Part shown: positions 1 to 13,424 of the stretch, in pieces
How positions within the stretch are numbered: the first letter of the stretch is position 1
How the letters are laid out: every line of letters begins with the position of its first letter
Assembly: GCF_001194135.2 (NCBI RefSeq)
Contig: NC_068990.1
Span: forward strand, 43,793,830 to 43,857,829
Reading direction: 5' to 3'
Origin: Octopus bimaculoides
Lineage: Eukaryota
Length of the DNA stretch: 64,000 bases
Notes under the pieces: generated by a model
The model's input: only the letters and a program-made list of their open reading frames with translations
Told to the model about the DNA's origin: nothing
Databases searched by the model: none
Position numbers and translations under genes: made by a program

Positions 1-1393
1 TTCATCTTATCTTAAATGTGATATTAAGGATTTAACAGACTTCATATTTGCATATGTATGTTTTTGTTTATATTTTGTGTCCTTGTATGAAGAGTGTTAA
101 GAAAAATGGTGATGTTTGTTAACATTCCCTGCTAATAAACTGTACTGTTGTTCTGCACCTTTGAAGCCATGTAGAATCAATAACTCAGTACTTGTAAAAC
201 AGGTATGGATTAGTAAGAGGAAGAACATCTGACTGTATAACAGTACCCCAGTACTTGTTCCTCCAACACTTGGTAGCATGGGAAAAATGGACATAAAACA
301 AATCACAAATTGATTGAATAGGCACCTGACTTAAAATAAGTACTGGGGTCAATTTGTTTAATTTAACTCTCAAAGGTGATGTCTCAGCATGGCTCCAGTC
401 CAATGACTGAAACAAGTAGAATATATGAATATATGTGTGTGTGTACATACATACATATACACACACATTCTGTCAGTCTTTTGAAATCTATGAATATTTA
501 AAACTTTTTATAGATATTTACCCTAATCTATAATTCTTGCAAAATCTTATTAAAAAATAGTCATATAGTATGTTTATCTAGTGTATATGTTTTTTTTTTT
601 TTTGTAATATTTTGTCTTGTTCTGATTGAGAAACAAATATTCTTGGATTAGTATAAGTAATTATTCACTAAAATGTTATTTAAAGTATCTTCTGAAGATT
701 AATTTATGGGCAAACTTAGTTGTATTAGTAAATAATCTTTTGTTGTGAGAAGGTTTTTCCTTTTATCAGTATCTTTTCCTCTTTTAATTCTACCTCCTGT
801 TGATCAGATGTCTCTAATTGTAACTATTGTTACTGTTGTTTAACTTCAGGTTAAACTTGATTGAGCAGAAGTTTTGTTAGGTACATTCTATGCATGAACT
901 TGCTGTTTTTAAAGAGTGCTTAAAACTACAATACATTTTCTAATGTTTCTTCTTTGTGCAAGGGTTTAATTTTACACAGATTAAGCTGCTATTTCTGGCA
1001 AGTCACACAATCATTAGGAGTTCCTTTTTGGGGGCATACTAGTACCTACCTATATCAAGTGTAACAAATCTTTAGTATCATATGTATACTAATGTACATA
1101 TTACACTGGTAAGTAAGTCACACTCCCATTTTACATACAATATTCTTGGATTTGTACTTGACTCACATATAAGCCACAGGCTGTTTATCAATACTGCTTA
1201 TATATATGCTAGAATGAAATTTCCATAAAAATTTCAAAACTAAATGCATTTTTACTTTATTATTATTTCATAAAAGTACATTTAAACATTCTTTGATAGC
1301 TCTTCACAAACTATGTAATAATTCCATTATATTTAATCACATAATAATTATATTATCTGCTACAAAAACAAAAGCAAAAAAAACAACAAAAAA

Positions 1394-2258
1394 CAGGGTG
1401 TTTCGGGTTAAATTTGACAGTGTAAAAAAAAATACAAAAACAATATATGATCCAAAAATAAAAGTATTTAGAAAAGATCAAAATATATCAACTGGATTAT
1501 GGCTGGGAGATAACACTTTACTCAAAATAGCTTCCTTCAGCTTCCACCACACCCTTGAGGCAGTTCTGGAATCTGGTGCATGCATTTCTCACTGTGTCCC
1601 TGAGATCTTCAGACACCTCCTTGATCTTAACCACCATCTCAGCCTTTGTGTTACAGAGCAGAGCAGTTGGTGTCTTTCTTAGCCATACTTCACACATATA
1701 ATAATGTATGGAATGATAATCGGGGATTAGGAGGCCAGAAATTGGGCCTGGTGAAGTCATAGAAATTCTCCGATAATCACTTTTGACTCTTTCTGGTGAT
1801 ATGGCAAGAAGCTAAATCCTACTGCCACACATATAGTCTTCCAACAGCAACCCTCTCCAGCAGCTTCACACAGTCACCTGAATTGAGTCAAAGGCTTGTT
1901 CAAAGGTGTGGGGATGAATTCCAGTGCGTGGATGCAACATAGAACATCTGTTGTACCTCTTCCGGCTAACCACAGCTTTGTAGTCACCAGTGCAGCTGTC
2001 CATGTCACATCTCACAGCTTTTACAATGTTCACAGAGCATGGAGCAGTAAGCATGATTTTGGCAATTTGATACCTGGCATGGATCATCATGATACAAGTA
2101 ACTCTTTTCCAATATGTAGATGGCTTCCAGTCCTTGATATCAGTTACTCAACTACAGATTTCATCTTTATGCTCCCCAAATGCTATTTACACTAACATAT
2201 CAAACTCTTCCCGAAAAAAGGCAACATAAAAATCTTCAACTTTAGCCTGAACATCTCC
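1394..2258 (-). mobile_element. Internally deleted maT (DD37D) Tc1/mariner-superfamily transposon
   Basis: Degenerate TIRs cagggtgtttcgggttaaatttga ... tcaactttagcctgaacatctc. Minus-strand remnant WQ*DLASCH...NFWPPN.PD... shows 37-residue catalytic spacing and ends ...VVEAEGSYFE. Same family as 6697 and 60681. Confidence 0.8.
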
Positions 2259-3628
2259 ACAACAATTTAATTATATCAGATAACATTTTCTAGTGTAAAA
2301 CATGTGCATGTAGCTTTTCAAAGGGAGCAAATGACAATATACAAACAAATGCGTTGCTGTGATCTATTTTATTTCCACTTATTAGAAGCAATACTTAATT
2401 GTCAAATAGTGATTCAAAGTTTTTGTTTACTCTAAATTATAAGGTCAAAAAATTACCATAATATCTTGATTATGACTAGTAAATAAATGATTAAAGTGAC
2501 CTATTTATTTCAATATAAAGTTAAGCAGCAACTATTATTTTATGGAGTACTGGCAATTGAGAGCTATGGTAAATGTTATATCAAATGCTGTAATACTATT
2601 TAAAGAGAATAATATGAAGCTAATGTCACACATACCCTTAAACGAATGACTGCTTTTGGCATTTACAATATACCATATATTTTGTATTGAGATTCTGTAG
2701 GTTATGTACATTAGTGATGCTCTAGTTTATACATTGTATATTTTGTGGAAAAAGTTGTGGCTTATACACGAGTATCTTTGGTACACTCAGTATCAATAGA
2801 GCAACAAATATTGATGTTATCCAAGAAATAAAGACTAAAGCTCTCTGCTTCTAAATCAGTTTCAATCCAATTCTGAATATTTTTCGCTTTGTAATTTCCA
2901 TGTCTGAAAACATCCGCTCTGAAATAGGGAAGCTTGCTATTGTATTCCCAAACCTGTTCTTGAATAACTGTCATAACCCTTTAGTCAGTTTAACACCGCT
3001 TTAGTGGAGTTTACTCCTTGCAAACATTCTTTAGTTTAAGGATACCCTTCTTCTTTTCATTAGTCTCAGGAGCTCTGAAAAAGAAAGGGTCTTGGTTGCT
3101 GCTCTTCCTTCTCTGAGTAAATGGTAAAAGCTAACAAGCTAAAAACTGTCTTCATGGGACTTCATCTTTAACTTAGTTGGATTATCAATTTTCTTACTAG
3201 ATGTTGCACTGATTCCTCATTTGGGGCAAGAAATACTTCAGCCCTGATCAGTTCATGAATCTCTACAAAACTCAAGAACACAATGTAGTATGGCTCACAC
3301 ATCTGGGATAATAAACACTCTCTCTTACACACACCATATCATAGACCCCATCATAAAGAAAACTAATTGCTTGATCAACTCTGATGCACTCACTAGTGTA
3401 TGTAAAACAATTAGTTCACAAATGTATGCTTTCTCTGTTTTTGCCTCTTCTATTGATACTTTAATGGTTTCTACACTTTTAGCAAGTGACTTACCCTTTT
3501 TTTCTCTCCCTTCACTCTTACTGAGTCTTTTCTCCCAGATCCTGGATGAAACACTCAAGTCTTCTCTCAGCAGAACTGCAATCCTTCTGAATTTCTCTCC
3601 ACTTATGTTTTCCTACAGACATTGATCT

Positions 3629-3896
3629 TGTTGTAGCGAGAGTATGACACCCGCTGACGAGAATAGACGGGACCACTACATATAAATGGTAGTGGTCTGA
3701 CGTAGTCGGCAGTTTGTCATTTAGTCTTCAAAGTCCAGGTGCAGTTTACAGTTCAAGTTAGTGTGTTGGAAATATTGATTGTTGGTTTGTTATGTGTTTG
3801 TTACTGCCACTGTTTTTATTTTGAATGTTTATAACACTGTTACAATCGTCAGCAATATCAACTGTTCTACAATATTGGAGGCGTAAGGGTACAACA
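3629..3896 (+). mobile_element. Solo LTR (Gypsy-type)
   Basis: TGTTGTA...TACAACA perfect 7-bp terminal inverted repeat, flanked by gatct/gattt (5-bp TSD, one mismatch). TATAAA at 3681. The 5' end resembles the LTR of the 27170 element. Strand inferred. Confidence 0.7.
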
Positions 3897-5713
3897 GATT
3901 TATAGATGTTCATTGAAATAGAACATCAGTCTTACCAAAAATGTCAGAAAGAGAATGTACCAATATTTGTTGCTGAGAAACTAGAAACTTAGAAAAATAT
4001 CTTATCAAGTGCACAGAATTACACAAAAAAGCAATTATCTTAATGTTTAAGAGGGTGAGATGGTTGGTTAGTTAAGTTGTAATGGTTGTAATTTTTTTGT
4101 TTGGTCATATGAAAAAATATTCTAGCTTGTCATTGCTTTTCTATTTGTTATTGGATCGATCCATTTTGGTTTGCTTAACTCTTGGAAATGTTTCCTTGAT
4201 TGTTGATTCTGCTTTAACAGAATGTTTTGTTTCTCCTTTTTCTTTTGGTTCTGGTTCTAATTGGATCCTGAAATAGAATCAAGAGCCATTGGAATTAATT
4301 TCAGCTCTTTTAGTGTTTCTCAAGGCAAGACACATTTATTTTAGGTGATATAAAAATTTATTTTAGGTGATATAAAAATTAAACTACATTGAAAATCCAT
4401 ATAATCTTAGTTGTTATTGTTTCATTAGCAATTGAATATATTAGTGTTTATTTGAAAAGTTTTTCATTTGTGGCTCTTTTTGCATTAGCGACTGCAGGAA
4501 AATTGTTTTCTGTAGTGCTAGATTTATGAGGGAATCTGCTCTCTATGTCACCCATCAGCCAACTTTCTCCACTACAAACACTAGTTAGCACTACAATGAC
4601 TAACTAATTAACACCACTACAAACATGAGCATCACTACAACGGTTTCACCAATATCACTATAGCCATTTTGTTCACTGATAATAGTAGCCAGGCTTCCTT
4701 AAATTACATCCCACTTTATTGAAAAGAGAGATTCACATAAAATGTAGTTCTATGTATGGATGACTTTCATAATCATAGGTTGGCTCAGTCAGTGCTAACC
4801 TGAGGCTGAACAACAACTACTAACCCATCTATTCTATGGTTACTACAATGACTTGTTCTCTTTTCTAACAAGATACATATTCTTGACTAAATATTTCTGA
4901 TTTAATAACTTTTCTCATTGGGTCAAAGTTGGTCATTCTCTTCTCTAAACCTCTGTATTTTAAAGTTACTTATAAACTGCAAATATCATGTATACTTTTG
5001 GTATTTTGTCAACTTTCAATATTGCAGAATCAATCAAGCATTTTAGAGTAAAGATAGATTCATAGTCGTCCAAATATTTTTATAATATTGTACATATACT
5101 TAGTGATTTTTCCATCTCTGCTTTGGCTAATATAGTGAATGCTGTGCTTTGCTGAAAATGTCTAATAAAACAAAAACATATTTCGATATTTTGTTTTATA
5201 TCTTTGTCCAAGAAGGAAGGGCTGTACCCATCATCTTTTTCCGGTGTATTTGAGACTGGTTGAAGAAAATTCTCTTCATACTGGAGACTTGGCTTGGATA
5301 CATGCAACAAATATGACTCTGCTAAGGGTACCCAAGGACTAGGTAGTGTTAAACCATGCTACAGATGTAGCTACAGAAATCCACTACTCATGAACAGAAA
5401 CAGTCTTTTTGATTAGCTTTCACAGTTTCCAATTACCAAATTTAACTTACAGGTCTAGGCCTGTTGAAGGACACTTGCCTAAGAAACCACATACCTAAAA
5501 CCATGTAGCTGCATAGCTAATTTCTTAACCACACAATCATATACACTTTCATACTTGCTGAAATAAAATGTTATCAATCATTGAGCCATGTCTTCATAGT
5601 GTAATCATTTCTAATTAGATTTTTAGCACTGATGTTATTAAGTCTATTTTATTTTATTGTTCTGCAGAAAATATAGATTTTAGAGACAATGATTAAAAGT
5701 ATAAGGGTTCATT

Positions 5714-5738
5714 ATGATTTCCTACATACCACCACAAG
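5714..5738 (+). CDS. Candidate first coding exon of the Shisa-like gene (MISYIPPQ; exon 5668-5738)
   Basis: Pyrimidine-rich acceptor ...ttgttctgcag|5668 and donor AAG|GTAAAC after 5738. ATG at 5714 has an in-frame TAA upstream. It ends in phase 1 and joins 7657 in frame (G|GT=Gly). Short, so a chance match is possible. Confidence 0.4.
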
Positions 5739-6696
5739 GTAAACTTCTTCCAACCTAAGTGGTAAAATAATTCAATCTGGCTAAACAGCACAGTTTACTT
5801 TCATTAGATTGTGTGGTACATGTTTGAATAAGACCTTCATTCATCCAAAGGAAAGCAGCAATTTTCAATTTTAATTGGTTTGAGTTAAACAAATTAGAGA
5901 AGGAATGTTTTGCATATATATTGGAAGTAAAGTACTTTTTGGTCACAGGTGCAGTGTGAATGAAAATTGTTGCTGAGGTTAGAGAAAAAGAAATGAAAGA
6001 CAATGTCCATGCTCAGTAACCTAATAGTATAGAGACACAGTAAATTGATGTGCTGTTTGACTAGAACCTGTATTAAGATCAGATGATAAGAGTGTAAACA
6101 ATGATCAGTTATGGCATTTGTTACTGTGGCTGAGATCTGTTAAAGATAGATAGATAGGTAGGCAGGCAGGTGGGTGATTGTGTGTGTGTGTGTGTGTGTA
6201 TGTGTGAGAGAGTGAGTGATTCCTGCAATTATACCCAGTGCATAAATGAAAGGTACTGTTTGCTTATATGATAAACTGGTGAAAAATGGTGAATTTCACC
6301 TGGCTGCATAAGAGTCATTACACCTCCATTATGAATATTGCATCATCATTTTTTTCACTAGTCAAACATACATGGAAACTTTGTAGAGAAACTCTATCTT
6401 TGTCAAGCTTAGATAAATAAATAAATAGCATTTATGAGTGAAATATCTCTTATCTATTGTGTTTGTTTGAAAACATGTAGGAAGATAAACATTTCAATGC
6501 ATGAAAAAATATAATTTCTGCAGTGGACTGTAAGACATATTGCACGAACATGCGTGCTGATTCAAAACATTTACGAAGAGTGGAAACATCAAATAAAAGA
6601 GACGTAAAACATAAACATATGTTGGTTACAGTCAATATTATTAGACTGGTACAGCTGGCGCAGAGGGTAGAGATCCATTTTGATGCTTTTGTAATA

Positions 6697-7290
6697 CAGG
6701 GTGTTCAGGCTAAATTTGAGGATTCTTTATGTCTCCTTTTTTTCAACTTGATGTATGGGTGAACAATCAATGGCATTGGAAAGCGTAAAGATTTTGAAGT
6801 TGTAGCTGAGAAAAAGTTAGCTGACATAAAGGATTGGAAGCCATTTGCATATTGGAAAAGAGTTACCTGTAACATGATCTTTTGCATTGGGTATCAAAAT
6901 GCTGACGTCATGACTGCTGCTCAATGCTCTGTGACCACTGTAAAGACTGTAAGATGTGACATGAACAGCTGCAATGGAGACTATAAAGCCGCAGTTAGTA
7001 GGAAGGATCACAACATGTGTTCTGACTGTGTCTGCATGCTGGGGTTCATCCTGTAACGGAAGGACAAGGTGATGAAAGAGCCAAGCAAGGGAATTCAGGT
7101 TTTGTTGAGAGAGATGTGTATTGGAGTTGCCACCATGAAGCTGACCATGGATACAGACCATTGCTACTGCTCATACAAGTGCTGACAGCTTAAGCCAAGG
7201 ACAACTGCTTGACAAAGGCAGAAAACCTCCTGAATGGCTCATCCTCAGTTCTACAGGAGCTGCGAATGATCTGGTTCTCAGATGAAATCA
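6697..7290 (+). mobile_element. 3'-truncated maT (DD37D) transposon
   Basis: TA|cagggtgttcaggctaaatttga TIR. Sequence is homologous to the other two copies and ends at the MIWFSDE motif. Confidence 0.75.
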
Positions 7291-7656
7291 CAATCTGTTT
7301 ACCATATTCAAACCAAACCTACTGATGCTTAATCACTCTTCCTAACCCTCCAGCTCTTAGGAATATCCTCCACTCCCATGTTCACATTTTTCCTGCAGAC
7401 TTTGGCCCTATGGAACTTCATTTTGGACATTAACTACATCAGTTTCACCATTTTAGGAAGACTTACCAAACTTGTAGGTACTGTTTTACCTTCTCTGGAT
7501 AATAAATTAAGAGATAGAATAAGAAAATTAAAGAATCCTTTTTTTTTGTATCTTTACTGATGAGCTAGAGAGTATGTGAAGTTTTGGCAGCATTCTACTG
7601 ATCACATTATTACATATCTAAATATTAATTATGTCCATTGTATTATTTATTCTTAG

Positions 7657-7722
7657 GTGCAAGGCATGTTAATCTGTTGGCTTGTAGCCATTTCATAATA
7701 TTTATGATTTTTCACCTTTCAG
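7657..7722 (+). CDS. Shisa-like gene exon: signal peptide hydrophobic core (ARHVNLLACSHFIIFMIFHLS)
   Basis: Acceptor tattatttattcttag|G and consensus donor CAG|GTGAGT. 66 nt, phase 1-1, open frame. Splices to 33522 giving ...FIIFMIFHLSVVEFCDA/GRSS, a plausible signal-peptide cleavage site. Confidence 0.7.
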
Positions 7723-7934
7723 GTGAGTAATTATTGTTGAAAGCTGTGAAATCAATTAGACCATTCATGTGCCAATTAGACCAAATAATAGGTTAATATG
7801 TAAAATACCCCCACCCATGGAAAACTATTGCATATAATTATTATGAGTGTATTTATCATGAATATCTTTATCTTATCACATACACACACACACACTGCAT
7901 ATTACAACAGGTTTCTTTCTTTCAGTTTCTGTCT

Positions 7935-10579
7935 AACAAATCAACTCATGCTGGGCCACCACCTTGAAGGGTTTAATTGAATAGATTGACCCCAGTACTT
8001 ATTTTTTAAGTCTGGCACTTATTCTGTTGGATTCTTTCGCTAAGCCACTAAATTATGGGGATGTAAACAAACCAAAATTGTTGCCAAGTGGTGGTGGTGG
8101 TGGGGGGACAAACACAACACAAACACATGCACATAGATAATTACACACACTATCATCATCATCATCATCATTTAACGTCCGCTTTCCATGCTAGCATGGG
8201 TTGGACGATTTGACTGAGGACTGGTGAAACCAAATGGCTGCACCAGGCTCCAATCTGATTTGGCAGAGTTTCTACAGCTGCATGTCCTTCCTAACGCCAA
8301 CCACTCCTAGAGTGTAGCGGGTGCTTTTACGTGCCACCAGCATGAGGGCCAGTCAGGCAGTACTGTTAATGGCCACGCTCAAGTGGTGTTTTTTACGTGC
8401 CATCTGCACAAGAGCCAGTCCAGCAGTACTGGTAATGACCTCGCTCGAATGCTTTTTCACGTGCCAGTAAGGCGATGTTGGTAATGAACACGTTCGAATG
8501 GTGCTTTTTACGTGCCACTGGCATGGAAGCCAGTCAGCTGCTCTGGCAGCGATCATGCTCGGATGGTGCTCTTAGCGCTCCACTGGCATGAGTGCCAGTC
8601 ATCGAATTTGCAAATTTGATTTGATTTCGATTTCACTTGCCTCAATAGGTCTTCGCAAGCAGAGTTTAGTTTCTATAAGTTGGGTGGTTACACCCCTGGC
8701 AGAGACTACGAGTTATGGTCTCACTTGGCTTGCCGGGTCTTCTCACGCACAGCATATTTCCAAAGGTTTCAGTCACTAGTCATTGCCTCGATGAGGCCTA
8801 ATGTTCGAAGGTCATGCTTCACCACCTCATCCCAGGTCTTCCAGGTTCCCTTCCACAGGTTCCCTTCCACAGGTTCCCTCAACTGCTAGGGTGTGGCACT
8901 TTTTCACACGACTATCCTCATCCATTCTCACCACATGACCATACCAATGCAGTCGTCTCTCTTGCACACCACAGCTGATGCTTCTTAGGTTCAACTTTTC
9001 TCTCAAGGTACTTACATTCTGTCGAGTATGCACACTGACATTACACATCCATTGGAGCATGCTGGTTTCATTCCTTGCAAGCTTACGCATGTCCTCAGCA
9101 GTCACAGCCCATGTTTCACTGACATGTAGTATGGCTGTTTGTACACATGCGTCATACAATCTGCCTTTTGTCACCAGCAGAGTTAAGAGCTCCCTGAACT
9201 TTGCCCAGGCTATTCTTATTCTAGCAGCTACACTTTCAGCACACCCTCCCCCGCTACTGACTTGGTCACCTAGGTAATGGAAGCNNNNNNNNNNNNNNNN
9301 NNNNNNNNNNNNNNNNNNNNNNNNNNNNNNNNNNNNNNNNNNNNNNNNNNNNNNNNNNNNNNNNNNNNNNNNNNNNNNNNNNNNNNNNNNNNNNNNNNNN
9401 NNNNNNNNNNNNNNNNNNNNNNNNNNNNNNNNNNNNNNNNNNNNNNNNNNNNNNNNNNNNNNNNNNNNNNNNNNNNNNNNNNNNNNNNNNNNNNNNNNNN
9501 NNNNNNNNNNNNNNNNNNNNNNNNNNNNNNNNNNNNNNNNNNNNNNNNNNNNNNNNNNNNNNNNNNNNNNNNNNNNNNNNNNNNNNNNNNNNNNNNNNNN
9601 NNNNNNNNNNNNNNNNNNNNNNNNNNNNNNNNNNNNNNNNNNNNNNNNNNNNNNNNNNNNNNNNNNNNNNNNNNNNNNNNNNNNNNNNNNNNNNNNNNNN
9701 NNNNNNNNNNNNNNNNNNNNNNNNNNNNNNNNNNNNNNNNNNNNNNNNNNNNNNNNNNNNNNNNNNNNNNNNNNNNNNNNNNNNNNNNNNNNNNNNNNNN
9801 NNNNNNNNNNNNNNNNNNNNNNNNNNNNNNNNNNNNNNNNNNNNNNNNNNNNNNNNNNNNNNNNNNNNNNNNNNNNNNNNNNNNNNNNNNNNNNNNNAAC
9901 CATTCATCTATTCCTAGTTTCCTCATTGACCACCAGATAAGGGATCGGGGGACCCTGTCAAAAGCTTTCTCCATGTCAACAAAAGCCAGATACAGAGGTT
10001 TATCTTTGGCTAGGTATTTCTCCTGCAGCTGTCTTACCAGAAATATAGCATCAGTGGTGCTTTTCCCTGGCATGAACCCAAACTGCATCTCCTCTAAACT
10101 GACTCTCTCCCTAATTAGTTGGGCTATGACCCTCTCCGTGACCTTTGTTACCTGATCCAACAACTTGATACCTCTGTAATTATTTGTAGCAGTTGACTAT
10201 GGTGCTGCTACACCAATCATTGGGTATGACTCACCTGGTTAACTATACAGGTGACGAGGCTATAGCCAACACTGCCAGATATTTTGAGCATCTCTGCAGT
10301 GGTTCCTGGTGGGCCGGGGGCTTTTGCTGTCTTCATACCCTTAATTGCTTTATCTACCAAGATACTGTCATCTCGGGTAGCTGGTCTCTCTGTTGGGTTG
10401 ACATTCGGCAGACTCTCTTTCTCCATTTCATTTTCTTTATTGAGCAACCTTTCATAGTGGCATCTCCAAACCTCTCTCTTTGCAGCCTCTTTTAGTGCAA
10501 GTGAACCATCATCCATGCGGACACATTTCTCTCCTACAACATCACGATTTTCTCTCACACACTGTCTTGCAACACAAAA

Positions 10580-10651
<72 letters not shown>

Positions 10652-10800
10652 CAGGCTTCTTTCGGTTTCTGTCTAACTAATCAACTCACAAAGCTTTGGT
10701 CAGTCTGGGATATACTAGAAATCACTTTCCCAAGGTGATGCATAGTGGGACTGAACCCAAGAACACATGTTTGGGAAGCAAGTTTCTTACCCACACCACA
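7935..10800 (-). mobile_element. tRNA-derived SINE family 1, split at its central microsatellite by an RTE LINE (3' half ~7935-8150, 5' half ~10585-10800)
   Basis: Both halves match the intact copies at 29524 and 52269 and are colinear around the LINE. Confidence 0.65.
8152..10582 (-). mobile_element. 5'-truncated RTE-clade LINE (RT pseudogene; N gap 9285-9897)
   Basis: Minus-strand motifs QFGFMPGKSTTDAIF, LAFVDMEKAFDRVPR, FHYLG, RLHWYGHVVRM. 3' UTR ends ...GGACGTTAAA(TGA)n at 8152-8175. Confidence 0.92.
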
Positions 10801-11202
10801 TTTGCACTTATAATAGTCTGTTAGTAGCAGTTTATTTATTATTGATAAAGCTGTTTATGAAACTCCTATTTTGATATACCAACGACATTGTTATTTTTTC
10901 TTTGTAGTGTTGAAGTAAGGGTTGTTTTGAAAATCATTTAGATAAATAGTTGTCTAGATAATTTAAAACTCAATTAATGATTTACAGAAAGGAAACATGT
11001 TATTTCATAATTTCTTGTCAGTTCTCTGTTATAATAACATTGCTTGAATTTTGCATGTTATGATTCACTTGCTTTAATATGGTTATGATGATATGAATTG
11101 TTAATTGTTTATTCAATGTTTGGATGGATGTCTGAGATAGGTTGCCCACATAAATTGGAATTTCTCCATTTTGACTGGGATTTTTCAGATTTTTCTTTTT
11201 AC

Positions 11203-12238
11203 AGAAGTATCAAATTGTTGGACCAGGTGATGAAAGTTATGGAGAAGGTCATAGCCCAACTAATTAGGGAGAGATGCTATATTTCTGATCAGGCAGCTGC
11301 AGGAGAAATACATAGCCAAAGATAAACCTCTGTACTTGGCTTTTGTTGACTTGAGAAAGCCTTAACAAGGTTCCCCAACCCCTTATCTAGTGGTCAATGT
11401 GGAAATTAGGGATAGACAAGTGGTTGGTGAAAGCTGTACAAACCATGTACAGGTACACTATCAGTAAGGTGAGAATTGGCAATGAATTCAGGGCACAAGT
11501 AGGGGTTCACCAAGGATTGGTCCTCAGTCCCCTTTTGTTCATCATAGTCCTCCAGGCAATAACAGAGGAATTTAAGACAGGCTACCTGTGGGAGCTCCTC
11601 TATGCTGATGACCTTGTTCTTATAGCTGAATCACTACCAGAACTAGAGAAGATGTTTCAGATATGGAAGCAAGGTCTAGAATTGAAGGGCCTTAGATTTA
11701 ATCTCGCAAAAACCAGTTTTAGTAAGTAGGAGGGTAGACAAATTACAAATCCCTTCAGGTAGATGGCTCTGCTTGATTTGTAGAAAAGGCATAGGTAGAA
11801 ACTCCATAAGATGAACCTAGTGTAAGCTATGGATAAGTGGGGCAGCAATATCAGAAGTTTAATAGGGAAAATAGCTTTTGTGTATAGAAGATGCACAGCT
11901 ACAATAAATACTGAAAACGTACAGAAAATAGACTCCATCAACTGCCAGTGGGGTAAGCTAGAGGCAGTAGATAGCTTCCATTATATAGGTGACCAAGTTA
12001 GTACCGTAGGTGGATGCTCTAAGAACATAGCTGCTAGAATAAGAATAGGGTGGGCAAAGTTCAGAGAGCTCCTCCCTCTGCTGGCAACAAAGGGCATTAA
12101 GAAGGGCATCCAGCTGCAGAAAATAATGCCAAATCAGGTTGGAATCTGGTGCAGCCTTCCAGCTTGCCAGCCCTGGTTAAACCATTCAACCCATGCCAGC
12201 ATGAAAACGGATGTTGATGATGATGATGATGATGATGT
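11203..12238 (+). mobile_element. Degraded RTE LINE fragment with internal deletion
   Basis: GVHQGLVLSPLLF, LLYADDLVL and decayed Cys-rich finger. Jumps from ...LATKG directly into the 3' UTR, then a (GAT)n tail. Confidence 0.85.
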
Positions 12239-12975
12239 GTGATTAAAACAAGCAAATAAATAAGCTTAATTTTTTTCTTTCCATATGAAAAATTTAACTT
12301 AGTCTGACCTGTTTTTGGGTACACATTCCTTAGATAACTGTGAACTTATGATATTAGTTTGTCAACCCAGAACTACATCAGCTACAGTCTATATTGAAAA
12401 GCTCAGTAATATATTACTTCATATTATTTGTATAGTTAAGCTGTTCCACAATTTTGTAAATGAAGGATTATGTTTTCAGCATTTCTAATACTCTTATAGT
12501 CCCCCCACCACCACCACACTCTCTTTTATATCAAAGAATATGGAAGACTTACAATATTTTCGTAGCAGCAGGTTCTGTTTTGACTACTTAAACTTTATTA
12601 GTTTTTGCTAAGCAACCACCTCTGATATTTGTGCTTCTTGTTTCAGTTATCCTCTTATTCTTTGATTTTACTCATTTTTGGTCATATTATGCCCGTCTAT
12701 TCTTTATATCTCACACCCAGCACAAATCTTTGTGTTCTGCATGCCATGACCACACTACCACACAAATATTTTCGACCTCCTTTTATTTAGGGAATTCTTT
12801 GTCAGAATGTTTGTAGAAGAATGAAATTCAATATTGTATAGTTGACGTATATATCATAAATGAATGCAGAAAAAAATTTGATTGCAGGAAAATAGTGGTG
12901 AAGAGGTGTTGTGCAATAAATAAATAGAGCGAAAATAGAAACTGATACTTTTTAGGTTACACACAAGTACACACC

Positions 12976-12978
<3 letters not shown>

Positions 12979-13064
<86 letters not shown>
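12979..13064. repeat. (TG)n microsatellite
   Basis: Pure TG run. Others lie at about 10583-10650 (TA), 18678-18749 (TG), 45196-45236 (TA), 59108-59146 (ATT) and 63925-64000 (TG/TA). Confidence 0.95.
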
Positions 13065-13067
<3 letters not shown>

Positions 13068-13089
13068 TTTGTTGCTACTGTGAAGGCAT

Positions 13090-13330
13090 AGTTAAGGCAT
13101 TAAGTTGTTGCTACTGAGCTGGCAGAAATGTTTACATGCCAGGCAAAATGCTTAATGGCATTTCATCTGTCATTATAGTATTGAGTTCAAATGCTACTGG
13201 GGTAAACTTTGCCTTTCATCTTTTCAGGTTCAATAAAATAAGTACCAGGTGAGCACTAGGGTTGATGTAACTGACTTTACCCCACCCCTGAAATTGCTGG
13301 CCTTGTGCCAAAATTTGAAACTATTATTAT
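13090..13330 (+). mobile_element. tRNA-derived SINE family 2 (degenerate)
   Basis: gagctggcagaa...tgagttcaaat...ctttgcctttcatc...aataagtacc...aaatttgaaac, shared with copies near 23120-24260, 25315-25440, 40950-41110, 54860-55140 and 59525-59660. Confidence 0.65.
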
Positions 13331-13383
13331 CCCTCTCTGTATCATCATCACACATCTGTTTTCCATGCTGGCATTATATATAC

Positions 13384-13424
<41 letters not shown>

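Noticed and set aside
4337-4380. 22-bp tandem duplication (similar short duplications near 37615-37660 and 41146-41185)
   Set aside because: Ordinary slippage-type duplications with no further structure.
8827-10163. Long ORFs full of X (also 42427-44558 and 52967-53678)
   Set aside because: They read through N gaps, so their length is an artefact.
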